From NCBI GenBank assembly GCA_051313645.2, contig JBNRSN020000013.1, positions 72,664,001 to 72,728,000 on the forward strand: a stretch of DNA of 64,000 nucleotides, in the 5' to 3' direction. The notes below the pieces were generated by a model. The model saw nothing but the letters and a program-made list of their open reading frames with translations. It was not told the origin of the DNA and ran no database searches. The position numbers and the translations under genes are program-made. Origin of the DNA: Centroscyllium fabricii. Its lineage: Eukaryota. Below, piece by piece: positions 36,901-49,726 of this stretch. The stretch's first letter is position 1, and every line of letters begins with the position of its first letter.

Positions 36901-37779
36901 CCCTCTTAGTCTTCCTAATGTTTTTGCTTCCCTCTATATGTTCTATACTCTGCTTGACTGTCTTCTGTATTACTAGCCTCGAATCGAATTGTCATGCAGG
37001 GTACCTCTTATCTTAATGCAGACATTTCTCTCAAGAATCCTCTGTGGGTTGAAATACTGTGCCATTTGGCCTCAAATAATCTCTCTTTCATCAAGCAGTC
37101 ATCACACCACTTGGAATATTTAGCTCCATGGCGGAGTATAAATGTTCTTAACATGCTTCCAAATTAATTGCCGGCAATTATACAGAAAGAAATTCTACCC
37201 TCTCTACTTGAATTATCTACAGAAATGTGTAGCTGTACAACTAGCATCAATTGCTTGAAGAGAGCTGATTTACAACATTTATCAGATTTTTTAAAAAGTA
37301 GATCCGGTCATATTATCAGACCTTGCAACAATGTATAATTTATCAAAATATATATGTTTAAATAAAAAATATCACAGACAGAATACAATTCATTCAATGG
37401 AAGTTAACATATCCCCAAATACAAGCACCAATTCCACTGGTAAACCAGTCTTGTGAACAAACCTATATAATTTGTTGTAATTAATTCCAAAATCAGGTTA
37501 TTTATACAAGCACTAAAAATATTGCAAACTAATATTTATTTATTATGAACATGCTTGCTTTTTAATGAACACCCCATATTCCAGACAATGGCCACACTGT
37601 CAACTTTTTTTGAATTGTATTTCTAATCAGCAATCAGCCTTTTTATTACACACAAGCAAGTCAACATGTCTGTAATCGATTAACAAACCAAGCCCTAAAC
37701 ATTATACATCTATGCAATATTATGAAAACTTTATATATGTACAGTCAACTTTATGTCCATCACACACTTTCAACACCAC

Positions 37780-39232
37780 ACATAAGAACATAAGAAATAG
37801 GAGCAGGAGTAGGCCAATCGGCCCCTCGAGCCTGCTCCGCCATTCAATAAGATCATGGCTGATCTGATCCTAATCACCAACCTACTATCACAGGACCATC
37901 TCCTGCATCTAACAGAATTAGACACACGAAATAGGAGCAGGATCAGGCTACTCGGTCCCTGGGCCCGCTCCACTACCCACAGGGCCATGACCGATCTGAA
38001 CCTAGACTCATGTCCAAATTCCTGCCCGCTCCCCGTAACCCTTGATTCCTTTTACTTCTAGGAAGCTGTCTATTTCGGTTTTAAATTTATGTAATGATGT
38101 AGCATCTACAGCTTTTTTGGGCAGCATGTTCCATAGACCTACTACCCTCTGAGTGAAGTAGTTTCTCCTCATCTCAGTTTTGAAAGAGCAGCCCCTTATT
38201 CTAAGTTTATGCCCCCTAGTTCTAGTTTCACCCATCTTTGGGAACATCCTCCCCGCGTCCACCCGATCCAACCCCTTCACAATCTTATATGTTTCAATAA
38301 GATCGCCCCTCATTCTTCTGAACTCCAATGAGTAGAGTCCCAATCTACTCAACCTCTCCTCATATGTCCAACCCCTCATCCCTGGGATTAACCGAGTGAA
38401 CCTTCTTTGTACTGACTTGAGAGTGAGTATGTCCTTTCTTAAGTATGGACACCAAAACTGTACGCAGTATTCCAGGTGCGGTCTCACCAATACCTTGTAC
38501 AACTGAAGCAATACCTCCCTATTTTTATATTCTATCCCTCTAGCAATGAAAGCCAACATTCCATTGGCCTTCTTATTCACTTGCTGCACCTGCATACTAA
38601 CCTTTTGAGTTTCGTGCACCAGGACCCCAGATCCCTTTGTACTACAGTACTCTCCAGTTTCTTGCCATTAAGATAATAACTTGCTCTACGATTTTTCCTA
38701 CCAAAGTGCATAACCTCACATTTTCCAGTATTGTATTCCATCTGCCAAATCTCTGCCCACTTACTTTGCCTGTCTATGCCCCCTTGCAGGTTTTTTATGT
38801 CCTCCTCCCTCACTACTTTCCCTCCCATCTTAGTATCATCTGCAAACTTTGATATGCTACACTCGGTCCCCTCCTCCAAATCGTTAATATAGATTGTAAA
38901 GAGTTGGGGTCCCAGCACTGACCCCTGCGGAACACCACTAGTTACCGATTGCCAGTCTGAGAATGAACCATTTATCCCAACTCTCTGCCTTCTGTTAGAT
39001 AGCCAATCCTTTATCCATGCCAGAATATTACCCCCAATTCCGTGATTTTTTATTTTAAGCAATAATCTTTTGTGTGGCACCTTGTCAAATGCCTTTTGAA
39101 AGTCTAAATGCACTACGTCCACTGGTTCCCCTTTATCCACCCTATATGTTACTTCCTCAAAGAACTCCAACAAATTTGTCAAACAAGACTTCCCCTTCAT
39201 AAAACCATGCTGACTTTGTCCTATTAAATTAT
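37780..39232 (-). mobile_element. Young 5'-truncated CR1 LINE with double 3' tail
   Basis: KGKSCLTNLLEFFEE...DFQKAFDKVPH...PQGSVLGP...KFADDTK, one frameshift near 38620, then C-terminal domain; ends in (TTCTTATG)n. Confidence 0.96.
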
Positions 39233-39558
39233 GTTATTTAATATAAGCTTTTGCCTCACACTTGAAAAGTATAAAGAAACAAAGACAAATATTTGGAATG
39301 TACAGACAAACCGTCCAGTAACAGAACATACTGAAGCCACAATGTCCCTCGCCTCTTAATTTGCTGGTGTATGAACTCACCCCAGGTTTATTTATCAATT
39401 AGACTTTGTAGCCTTAAAAAGGGACACAATTCTACACTTTTTGCAACAGAATAATACATTTTGTTTTACACGAAGCAATCTTCCGGTCATTATAAAACAA
39501 CCGACTTGCTGCGATTAGCACCATGGGGGATTTGCTTATGTATAAAAAAAAGACTTGT

Positions 39559-41545
39559 CATAGAGTCAAGAGTTTTACAGCACAGAAAGAGGCTCTTCGG
39601 CCCATCACGTCTGTGCCGGCCATCGAGCGCCGGCCATCGAGGCCTCTCTACTCTAATCCCATTTTCCTGCATTTGGTCCGTAATCTTGTATGCTATGGCA
39701 CTTCAAGTGCTCATCCAAATGCTTCTTGAATGTTGAGGGTTCCTGCCTCTACCACCCGTTCAGGCAGTGAGTTCCAGATTCCTATCACCCTCTGGGTGAA
39801 AAAGTTCCTCCTCAAATTCCCTCTAAACCTCCCGCCCCTTACCTTGAAACTATGTCCCCTTGTTATTGACCCCTCTACCAAGGGAAAAAGTTCCTTTCTA
39901 TTTACCATATCTATGCCCCTCACAATTTTATACACCTCAATCAGGTCCCCCCCTCAGCCTTCTCTGCTCGAAGGAAAACAACCCCAGCCTGTCCAGTCTC
40001 TCTTCATAGCTGAAGTGCTCCAGCCCAGGTAACATCCTGGTGAATCTCCTCTGCACCCTCTCCAAGGCAATCACATCCTTCCTACAGTGTGGCGACCAGA
40101 ACTGCACACAGTATTCCAGCTGTGGCCTTACCAGCGTTTTGTACAGCTCCATCATAACCTCCCTGCTCTTATATTCTATGCCTCGGCTAATGAAGGCAAG
40201 TATTCCATATGCCTTTTTAACCACCTTATCTGCTGCCTTCAGGGATCTATGTACATGCACGTACACCAAGGTCCCTCTGGTCCTCTGTCTTTCCTAGGGT
40301 CTTACCATTCATTGTGTATTCCCTTGCCTTGTTAGTCCTTCCAAAATGCATCACCTCACACTTCTCAGGGTTAAATTCCATTTGCCAATGCTCCGCCCAT
40401 CTGACCAACCCATCTATATCGTCCTGCAGACTGAGGCTCCCTTCTCGCTTTCCACCACCCCACCAATTTTCGTGTCATCAGCGAACTTACTGATCATACC
40501 CCTTACGTTCATATCCAAATCATTAATATAGACTACAAACAGCAAGTGACCCAGCACCGATCCCTGCGGTACCCCGCTGGACACAGGCTTCCAGTCACAA
40601 AAACAACCTTCGACCATCACCCTCTGCCTTCTGCCACTAAGCCAGTTTTGGATCCACTGTGCCAAGGTGCCCTGGGTCCCATGGGCTCTTACCTTCTTGA
40701 CCAGTCTCCTATGCGGGACTTTATCAAAAGTCTTACTGAAATCCAAGTATACCACATCCACTGCACTACCCTCTTCCACACGCTTAGTCACCCCCTCGAA
40801 AAATTCAATCAAGTTGGTCAGACATGATCTTCCCTTGACAAAGCCATGCTGATTATCCTTGATTAATCCTTGTCCCTCCAAGTAAATACTAATTCTATCC
40901 CTCAGAATTTTTTCCAATAATTCCACTGATGTTAGGCTCACTGGTCTGTAATTCCCTGGTTTATCCCTACTACCCTTCTTGAACAATGGTACCACATTAG
41001 CTGTTCTCCAGTCCTCTGGCACATCCCCTGTGGCCAGAGAGGATCTGAAAATTAGTGTCAGAGCCCCTGCAATCTCCTCCTTTGCCTCGCACAGCAGCCT
41101 GGGATACATCTCATTAGGGCCTGGGGATTTATCCACTTTTAAGCCTGCTAAAACCGCTAGTACCTCCTCCCTCTCGATGGTAATATGTTCAAGTATGTTG
41201 CAGTCCCCTTGCCTGATTTCTAAGCCTATGTCGTCCTTCTCCTTAGTGAACACAGATGTAAAAAATTCATTTAAAACCCCACCTACTTCCTCTGGTTCTA
41301 CACACAGATTGCCACTTTGGGCCCTACTCTTTCCCTCGTCATCCTCTTGCCCTTAAAATACTTATAAAACATCTTAGGATTATCCTTTATTCTGCTCACC
41401 AGTGTTATTTCATGGCCCCTCCTCGCTCTCCTAATTTCTTTTTTAAGTACCCCCCCCTGCACTTTTTATACTCCACTAGGGCTTCCTCTGTCTTTTGCAC
41501 TTTGTATCTGCCAAAAGCCCTCCTTTTTTTGCTAATCCATTCTCG
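39559..41545 (-). mobile_element. CR1 LINE, ~2 kb of ORF2 plus tail
   Basis: KSPGP...WRTANVVPLFKKGSRDKPGNYRPVSLTS...FADDTKIGG in ORF 40414..41253, continuing with frameshifts to the tail at about 39559. Confidence 0.96.
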
Positions 41546-41546
41546 T

Positions 41547-41856
41547 ATAGAATCATAGAATCCCTACAGTGCAGATAGAGGCCATTTCGGCCCATTGAGC
41601 CTGCACCCACATATCCCACCCTGTCCCCGTAACCCCACATATTTAATCCCCCTAACACTAAGGGTCAATTTATCCTGGCCAATCAACCTAACCCGCACAT
41701 CTTTGGACTGTGGGAGGAAACCGGAGCACCCGGAGGAAACCCACGCAGACACGGGGAGAATGTGCAAACTCCACACAGATAGTCACCCGAGGCCGGATTT
41801 GAACCCGGGTCTCTGGCGCTATGAGGCAACAGTGCTAACCACTATGCCACCGTGCC
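41547..41856 (-). mobile_element. V-SINE with the alternative short tail
   Basis: Same head and core, but tail GGTGCAGGCTCAATGGGCCGAAATGGCCTCTATCTGCACTGTAGGGATTCTATGATTCTAT. Confidence 0.92.
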
Positions 41857-43000
41857 ACAACAGCTGCCATCCGAAAAGATGGGGGCGGAAGTTATGATCT
41901 GAAATTGTTCAACTCAGTGTTGAGTGGCTGTAAAAATTTCAAGATTGATTATTCTAACCTGCATTCTTAAATTTACAATTAGCTTCAATGATCTATTTAT
42001 GCTACTTCTCCACACAGAGTACTTCAGCAGTGGCCTTAAAAGGGACACTCCAGGTTGGCAGCTAGACTTTACAACTGTATTCCTGATGTCAAAACAGTTA
42101 AGAGCAATGCCACAAGGGATGTTAGTAATTAAATAATTATTAAGTCACAAAAAGTTAATGTTGCCTGCCACTAGAAAGCAAAATTGAAAGAAACATGAGT
42201 GTTACAAGGAAAGGAAGCCGCCAAATTAGTAACAGCATAATCACAATCCTAATGCAGTTGAACTAAATGTGTAAATATGTCTTTGCTTTGTTTAATTGAG
42301 ATACATTTAGAAGTACTTACTGATCCAGACATCATGGAATATAAAAGTTTCAGGATAAATTGAAAATTAAAGACTAACATTGAAATGTAAATGACTCATA
42401 GACAATGCTGTAATCCTCACTATCTAGATGAATCTCTCTTCCACAAGTAAGTGCAACCATGAAGCCACCTCGCAAACTGATGCTGTGTGCCCCCATTCTA
42501 ACAGTTTTCGCGGGAATGTCTCAAGCCATTACTTTAAAAAAGATTCTTTGCAATTTTATCTCCCCCTTCTGATATTTTTAACTATTTGCTGGGGTCAGTA
42601 CCATTGGCACTGTTCGGCACCCCATTCTTCCTATGTGGATATCCAATCTCGCTTTCTTCTCCAAAGTCCTTGAACATGTGGTTACCTCTCAAATCCATGC
42701 AGATCTTTCGCTTAATTCCTGTTTGAATCCCTCTGTAGATGATGTAATTAAGGGGCAGCATGTAGATGAGGAAGAGGAGGGTGCCAAGGATAGATCCCAA
42801 CATGCTGGAATAGAGAAGGGTCATTGGAGGAGGATGGTGTGGTTGACCATATCAAAGACTGCAGAGAGATTGAGGATGGTAAGGAGGGATAATGCAGCAC
42901 AGTGAGACTTTGGCTGGGGGTAGCTTGATGCTGTGGCAAGGGCAGAAACCCGACTGGAGATATTGATTTACCCTCCCCTAGATATTAATTTTACTTCCCC

Positions 43001-43276
43001 TAGAAGTAAAAGCGATTAAGGGTTACGGGGAGCGGGCAGGAATTTGGACATGAGTCTAGGTTCAGATCGGTCATGGCCCTGTGGGTAGTGGAGCGGGCCC
43101 AGGGACCGTGTAGCCTGATCCTGCTCCTATTTCGTGTGTCTAATTCTGTTAGATTCAGGAGATGGTTCTGTGATAGTAGATTGGTGGTTAGGATCAGATC
43201 AGCCATGATCTTATTGAATGGCGGAGGAGGCTCGAGGGGCCGATTGGCCTACTCCTGCTCCTATTTCTTATGTTCT
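43001..43276 (+). mobile_element. Severely 5'-truncated CR1, double-tail family
   Basis: Nearly identical to the reverse complement of 37785-38060. Confidence 0.93.
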
Positions 43277-43789
43277 CCCTAAGCTAGCAGTACTGAGGCC
43301 TATTACAGAATTCTACTTTTTGCAGGCTGAGATCATCTGACTCAGCACAGACCAAAGATCAAACCAGGGCCCTTCCCTGTTTGTGTGGCTTAATTACTCA
43401 CTGTGTAAACCTGTTTAGTCATTGAGCAAGCTGCAGCCATAACATTTTTCATTCTGTATCAGTACAGTACATATGATGTCATATATATATATTGGTTAAA
43501 AAAAATAGATTTTAACATAGTGGGGAAAATATGGCTGATTGTGTCCCAGTCAATGCTAGCTTGGATTACGGATTTGCTGCTAGAACTAGAATATAAATTG
43601 TAATATTGGGCTACTCAGTCTAGCTGAATTATTAAAAAGTATGTGATATACATCCAATAATTTATTGAGCTATCCTGAGCACTATGTTATCTCCAGCTCT
43701 GGAAGGGAGTTCGATATATTACAGTTGTGGTTGCCCTATTCACAGTGGTGAGCATCTCGAAACTACAATTGAGTGCGTCCTTTGGTCCT

Positions 43790-44214
43790 TAAGTCGTACG
43801 AGGAGAGGTTGAGGGAGCTGGGACTCTTCTCCCTGGAGCGGAGAAGGAAGAGGGGGGACTTAATAGAGATGTTTAAGATGATGAAGGGGATCGATAGAGT
43901 AAACGTGCAGAGACTGTTTCCCCGGGTGGGAAGAACGACAACAAGAGGGCACGAACACAAGATTCAAGGAGGAAGATTCAGAAGGGATGGCAGGGGCAAG
44001 TTCTTTACACAGAGAGTGGTCGGGGAGTGGAATAGGCTACCATCTGAAATAGTGGATGCGGACAGTCTGGGAGCTTTTAAAAGAATGATAGATAGGTACA
44101 TGGAGGGGAGGGAAGAGTAGGGGGGACAGGAAAAATCAGAGACGGACTAAGTGCGGCACTACATTGAGGGCCCAAGGGCCTGTACAGTGCTGTATGTTCT
44201 ATGTTCTATGTTCT
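43790..44214 (+). mobile_element. CR1 3' fragment of a further family
   Basis: SYEERLRELGLFSLERRRKRGDLIEMFK...FFTQRVVGEWNRLP; ends in (TATGTTC)n. Confidence 0.92.
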
Positions 44215-44394
44215 GCCTTTAAAGCAAGGTTTAAAATGAGAAAAGTTGTTGAACTAATATCTTGGGTCTTAAAACTTTAGATCTTAACCACCACTCCCAT
44301 TTTCTCCTGGACTGCGGGTGCTGGTAATGAATGATGGCTACACCAGAGTCACTGGGAGTGGAGGTGTGGGCTGGTGCTTGGGGTGCGGATTGCA

Positions 44395-44805
44395 CCTCAA
44401 CCTTTCGTCTGCCACATTCCCGGCTACGGGAACGTTCTCCTCTTGGACAGATTTCCCATGCTTCCCTCCCCCTGTGCTATTTGGTTGTAAAGATTTACAC
44501 CTCCTCTGGGCCCATCATTTGTTTCTTTACTTGTCTATTTATCACCTCCTTTTGTCTTGCACTATAATCCATTTTGGCATTTAATGACTCTTGCCCTCCA
44601 TCCTGTCACAGACATTTCCCTTTGTTCTTTTCTTGCCCGCCCACCCCTTTTCCCTGGCTTTCTATTTGCTTAAAAGCAGCTCATCGCTAATGTCTTCCAG
44701 TTCTGATGAAAGGTCATGGACCCGAAACGTTAACTCGGTTTCTCTCGCCACAGATGCTGCCTGACCTGCTGAGTGATTCCAGCATTTACTGTGTTTTATT
44801 TTTGG
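44395..44805 (+). mobile_element. Penelope-like element terminal repeat remnant
   Basis: Pyrimidine-rich segment, hammerhead core, then CACAGATGCTGCCTGACCTGCTGAG..TTCCAGCATT tail also seen near 60475, 60680 and 63808. Confidence 0.75.
44697..44738 (+). ncRNA. Minimal type I hammerhead ribozyme
   Basis: AGTT-CTGATGA-A-AGGTCATGGACCC-GAAA-CG-TT-AACT: intact core, stem II GGTC/GACC, palindromic AACGTT at stem III, stem I AGTT/AACT. Confidence 0.75.
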
Positions 44806-45359
44806 ATATTTCTCTCTCCATCTCCCATATATCTTATTACTTTACACTTAAATGTGGAAAGCCAAAATTGCTGCAGCGTGATTTCTGATCTCAACTTGCA
44901 ATCTTGGACAACCTCCGTACTTATAAAGTTGACCTCTGTTACATTGTCTGATTATGTGTGATCATATCTGGATTAGGTAATCTTGCAGAAGGGCTGTCCA
45001 TTCTGTTGGCAGAAACAAGCCTGTTTATCTGCGAGCTTGTGTACTGAGAGGCAAGGTATCGCAGAGTGCTGTATCTGTCGTCATTAAATAGTAAAAGGAA
45101 ATATCCTCTTGAAATTCAGTCCCTCAAGGAATAATTTTTCCAGGAAGCTCAGCTGAAGACAGAAGAGGAGCCTGGCTTTAGCATTTACTAGGACTGTTGT
45201 CAGAAAACCATTATGATGTGAGGCACACAGATTGCAGGGTTTGTTTGAAAGGGATTCATGAAAACAGTGTCTCTTGGCATTGGGGAGTCTCTGGTATTGA
45301 CAATAATCCCTGAATGCTAAGATTTTACAAGATTACAACTGGTATTTCTAAATTTACTA

Positions 45360-46141
45360 AGAAACTTGACTGTTGGTGCCAGGACAACAACCTCTTCCTG
45401 AACGTCAGCAAAACTAAGGAGCTGATAGTAGACTTTGCAAGGAAGCAGGAGAGGTACTATAACTCTCTCACGATTGATGGAACCCCAGTAGAGCGGGTGA
45501 GTAATTTCAGATACTTCGGGGTCCATCTTTCTGATGACCTGACATGGTCCCTTCATATCGACACCGTGGTGAAGAAGGCGCGGCAGCGTCTTTACCATCT
45601 CAGAAGCCTGAGGAAATTTAGAATGTCCCCCCAAATACTAAACAACTTTTATAAATGTACTATTGAGAGTATCCTGTCAGTGAGCATCACCGCCTGGTAT
45701 GGCAACGGCACTAAACAAGACCATAGGGCCCTGCAGAGGGTAGTATGGTCGGCAGAACGTACCACCGGGGGTGCACTCCCTAACCTGCAGGATATCTACA
45801 CCAGGCGGTGCATGACTAAGGCTAAGAAGGTCATTAAGGATCCTAGTCACCCGAACAACGGCCTCTTCTCACTGCTGCGGTCAGGAAAACGCTACCGCAG
45901 CATTAGGACAAACACAGAGAGGCTTAGGCGGAGCTTTTACCCCCAAGCCATGCGGATCCTAAATGAAGACGTTGCCAAGAGCCGGCACACTGACGACTGA
46001 ATGCCTTTCTTCTTATAATTGTTAATTTATTATTTGTATTTGTTATCCGGAGAGCACAGACATGGAGCCTGCGACTAAGCATTTCACTGCACTTTGTACA
46101 TGTATAATGAGGAATGTGACAAATTAAGTAAACTTGAACTT
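45360..46141 (+). mobile_element. Rex1/Babar-like LINE 3' portion, open frame
   Basis: WCQDNNLFLNVSKTKELIVDF...KKARQRLYHLRSLRKF...IESIL...ITAWYG...LRRSFYPQA; tail AAACTTGAACTTG. Confidence 0.9.
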
Positions 46142-46790
46142 GTTGAAAGGTAGATTGTACTCCCAAATTGCTCGGAGTTAATGTATGGTATGGTACTGGT
46201 TGTGCACAACAGGAAATACCTCAGGTTTGACCCCTTGTCTGTCCTGATCAGTAGGGCGGCAGTAGGGATGGTGAAATTTGCCTCAGTGTCTCTGGACTAT
46301 GAAAGGTGGGGGGGGGGGGGAGGTAATCAGTCAGCTCCTGGTCGCTATCCCATGATTCCTGTTGGAAAATTAGTTTATGGTTGCAGATGAGGATAGAAAT
46401 AGGCTTGGTTGTTTTGTCCCCTCTCATTTCCCCAGGTGATTGAAAAACTTGCTGACGAATGGCCACTTGGATGAGATTTTTGAGATGCTCCAGCAGTTGT
46501 GAATATGTTCCTCTGTGTATATCAAACATTAGGGAGAGAAACATAAACAGAGAATTGTAAAAAAAAAAAACTTCACGATTGACAGAATATAGTTTATCTG
46601 CTACTGTTCTCAAAGGGTCCTCTGATTAAGGGTAGGGATAAATGTGGTACCATTTGAGCTAATATTGGTAGTCAGTAGTAAACATCCTCAGTACCTCAAA
46701 ACAGGCATGTCGAAGGACTGGTAGGCATTTTTTTTTGCTACTGTAAAGCAGACATTTCTGAGCTCCTATCTTACTTGCACTAGGAATAAT

Positions 46791-47529
46791 GGCCCAGAAA
46801 TTAGGGCCGCAACACGTGAGTACGGACGGGGTACTCACGCATGCAGCCCTCAGAAGTGCTGTTTCCTGGCGTACACCGCGCATGCGCACAGAACCAGCAC
46901 TTCCGATGCCGGGTCTGGAGGGGGCAGGAGCCCCAGCACGTTGGCCTGCACTGCACAGCTCCTGCTGCGCAGTGCACTTCCGATTTTTTACACAGGTTTG
47001 TATCAGGGTAAGTATTTAAATATTAACGGCTCCTTTTTCGAGTGCAAGGAGTGGATTTCATCAGGTAAGTCTTTATTTTATTCAATTTAAGCATTTTTTT
47101 CTCACAGGTTTTTCATTTGTTTAAACTTTAAAGACAGGTAAGTTGATTTTTAGGCCCATTTAAAACTTTAAATATTTTTTCTAAATTTTTATTTTTTGTT
47201 TAAAATAGCTAATTTATGTTATTGATAGTAATTTTTTTTAATGTGATTTAAAAAAAATGTATTTTAAGGTTTAGTGTGGTTTTGGGGCTCTAGTATTTCA
47301 TAAGTTTGACAGATCTTTCTGTCAAACTTATGAATGGAGCATTCTTTGCTCTGATTGGCTCCCCGCGGACCACGTGATCCCGCGCGGAGCCTCGCACTAA
47401 CTGCGACGTTCAGTAGCCCCAGCGCGGCACGTGGGGCTTGCAGCAGGGCCTAGGATCGAAAGTTCAAGTCCCAGAAATCGAGAACGGCAGGTGCACTCGC
47501 GGCAAGCCTCCGATCCTAATTTCTGGGCC
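46791..47529. mobile_element. Non-autonomous DNA transposon (PIF/Harbinger-like MITE)
   Basis: 15-bp perfect TIRs GGCCCAGAAATTAGG / CCTAATTTCTGGGCC, 3-bp TSD AAT (46788-46790, 47530-47532), GC-rich ends and AT-rich core. Confidence 0.88.
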
Positions 47530-48734
47530 AATAGTTCTTTTTTAAATGCTATAATCTTTTACTTCCAATTCTCTCCTGTCTAGTCTCTCGGGCTTAGACT
47601 GCAGCTGAGAGAATGGGCAGCTGACAATATGCTGCGCATATCTCCAAAGCTGAACTGTGGTTGCCTGATGGGACATATTGAAACGTAATTAGGGCAAGTT
47701 ATTCCAGGCACTGTGAAATCCTGAGACAAACCCCATAAATTTCTATGTTTGCCGAATGTGGCACAACATGCTGCTCAATTACTGCATGTTTGCATAAAAA
47801 GTCCCGAATCAGTTGAAGTGCTAGTTTCTGAGCCGATCCAAAAACATTTGCTTTAAATATAATACAAGGTGAAACCCTTGCTAGTTTGCCCTGTTTATAA
47901 TAGCAACTCACTTTACCTCCATTTAGTGTTATGGGCAGTTTCTCAAGCAAGACTAAAACTCACCTTCTGGTAGAATCCAGAGTGCAAGGGAGCGAGGGAA
48001 GGAAGGAAGCCAGTCAAAAACTAGCATTTATATAGCACCTTTCATGTCTTCAAGATATCCCATTGCGCTTCACATCCAATAATCAGTTTTGAAGTGTAGT
48101 CACTATTATTATCTCGGCAAATCGACTGACAACATAATTGTAACTTAAATCTGAAGTCCATGGCAAAGCACACTAACATGTTACAATGCTGGATATGTAG
48201 CATGGTATATTCATTGGGAGTGACAAAGCAATTTTACATGATTTTGGCAAATGTTTATATTAAGACTTCAGTCCGAGAGTCATCCGTCTGATATAATCCT
48301 GGAACTTTGTGCAACTATACTTTCTTGTACATATTTTATTAATTAAGTTGAAAACCAAATAAATTAGCCCAGTGTAGATACTAACCCTAAACAAGTATGT
48401 TTTAACTGAACAGACAAAGTTGGGAGGAGCACATCTGTACTTGCAATGTTAGCTCTGCTACCCACGAATATGTAATCTGCCTACAACAGCCTTAAGATAT
48501 TTGAGGATAAAATATTTTCCAACTTCATGCAATCTCCAAAAGGGAATAATAGACTGGTAATAGGTTAATTATTCAGAGTGACTGTTGCCAATGAACCGGA
48601 AGCTGCGCAGAAGAATTCTGCGCATAAATGTTAACTTTCATAAGCCGATCGAAACACCAATTCAACTTTTAATTTTTCATTTATTTTCGGCTCAGTTCAG
48701 CAGCATTCATTCAGCAGTGTCCCAATTCCTTCTT

Positions 48735-48972
48735 TTACTAAAATTGAAGTCAATTGGAATCAGGGGGCAAATGCTCCACTGGCTGGAGTCATATCTAGCA
48801 CAACAGAAGATGGTTGTGATTGTTGAGACAAATTATCTCATCCCCAGGACATCGCTGCAGCAGTTCCTCAGGGCAGTGTCCTAGGCCCAATCAACTTCAA
48901 CTGCTTCATCAATGACCTTCCCTCCAACATAAGGTCAGAAGTGGGAATGTTTGCTGGTGATTGCACAGTGTT
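48735..48972 (+). mobile_element. LINE RT remnant hosting the CR1 insertion
   Basis: KLKSIGIRGQMLHWLESYL...PQGSVLGP...FINDLP...degenerate FADD. Confidence 0.75.
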
Positions 48973-49510
48973 ACATAAGAACATAAGAAATAGGAGCAGG
49001 AGTAGGCCAATCGGCCCCTCGAGCCTGCTCCGCCATTCAACAAGATCATGGCTGATCTGATCTTAACCTCAATTTTATTTTTACTCTCCATCCCGCCCAA
49101 ACCCATGTGATCACCCGGGAGAGGCGAAAAACCAGATAAAAAACCCAGTGGCCAATTTGGGAGAAAGAATCTGGAAAATTCCTCTCCGACCCATCTAGAT
49201 CGAAAACTTGTCCAGGAGATCACATGGCCGATCTGAACGTAGCCTCACATCCACTTACCTGCCCGCTCACCATAACCCCTAATTCCCTTTACTTCCAGGA
49301 AACTGTCTATCTCTGTTTTAAATTTATTCAATGTAGTAGCTTCCACAGCTCTCTGGGGCAGCAAATTCCACAGCCCCACCACCCTCTGAGTGAAGACGTT
49401 TCTCCTCATCTCAGTTATGAAATAATGCGGAGGTGCCGGTGTTGGACTGGGGTGGACAAATGCAAAAAGTCACACAACACCAGGTTTAAAGTCCAACGTT
49501 TTATTTTAAA

Positions 49511-49548
49511 TCACAAGCTTTCGGAGCTTTTGCCCCTTCGTCAGGCAA
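49511..49548 (-). ncRNA. Minimal hammerhead ribozyme (inverted copy)
   Basis: Exact reverse complement of 50030-50067. Confidence 0.72.
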
Positions 49549-49606
49549 AGAGAAACTGAACTCAAAGATCACACATGGGGGAGGGGAGAAATCTGATCCA
49601 ACCCAA

Positions 49607-49726
49607 CAGGGTGGCCTTCAAGATACACGACAACGCAAAATCGTCGAGCAGAGGCTGATTGCCAAGTTCTGCACCCATGAGCACGGCCTCAACCGTGATA
49701 TTGGGTTTATGTCACGCTACATGTGA
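49607..49726 (+). pseudogene. C-terminal fragment of a Penelope-type GIY-YIG endonuclease
   Basis: QGGLQDTRQRKIVEQRLIAKFCTHEHGLNRDIGFMSRYM*, matching the R..EQ.LI..F.T...GLN.D.GF pattern of vertebrate PLEs. Confidence 0.8.

Noticed and set aside
37929-38000. A-to-G editing signature in the inner CR1 tail
   Set aside because: Differences from the outer tail include all transition types and some transversions, so there is no clear directional bias.
40414-41253. 279-aa reverse transcriptase ORF as a novel RT system or active element
   Set aside because: Ordinary CR1 ORF2 fragment with flanking frameshifts and no endonuclease domain or ORF1.
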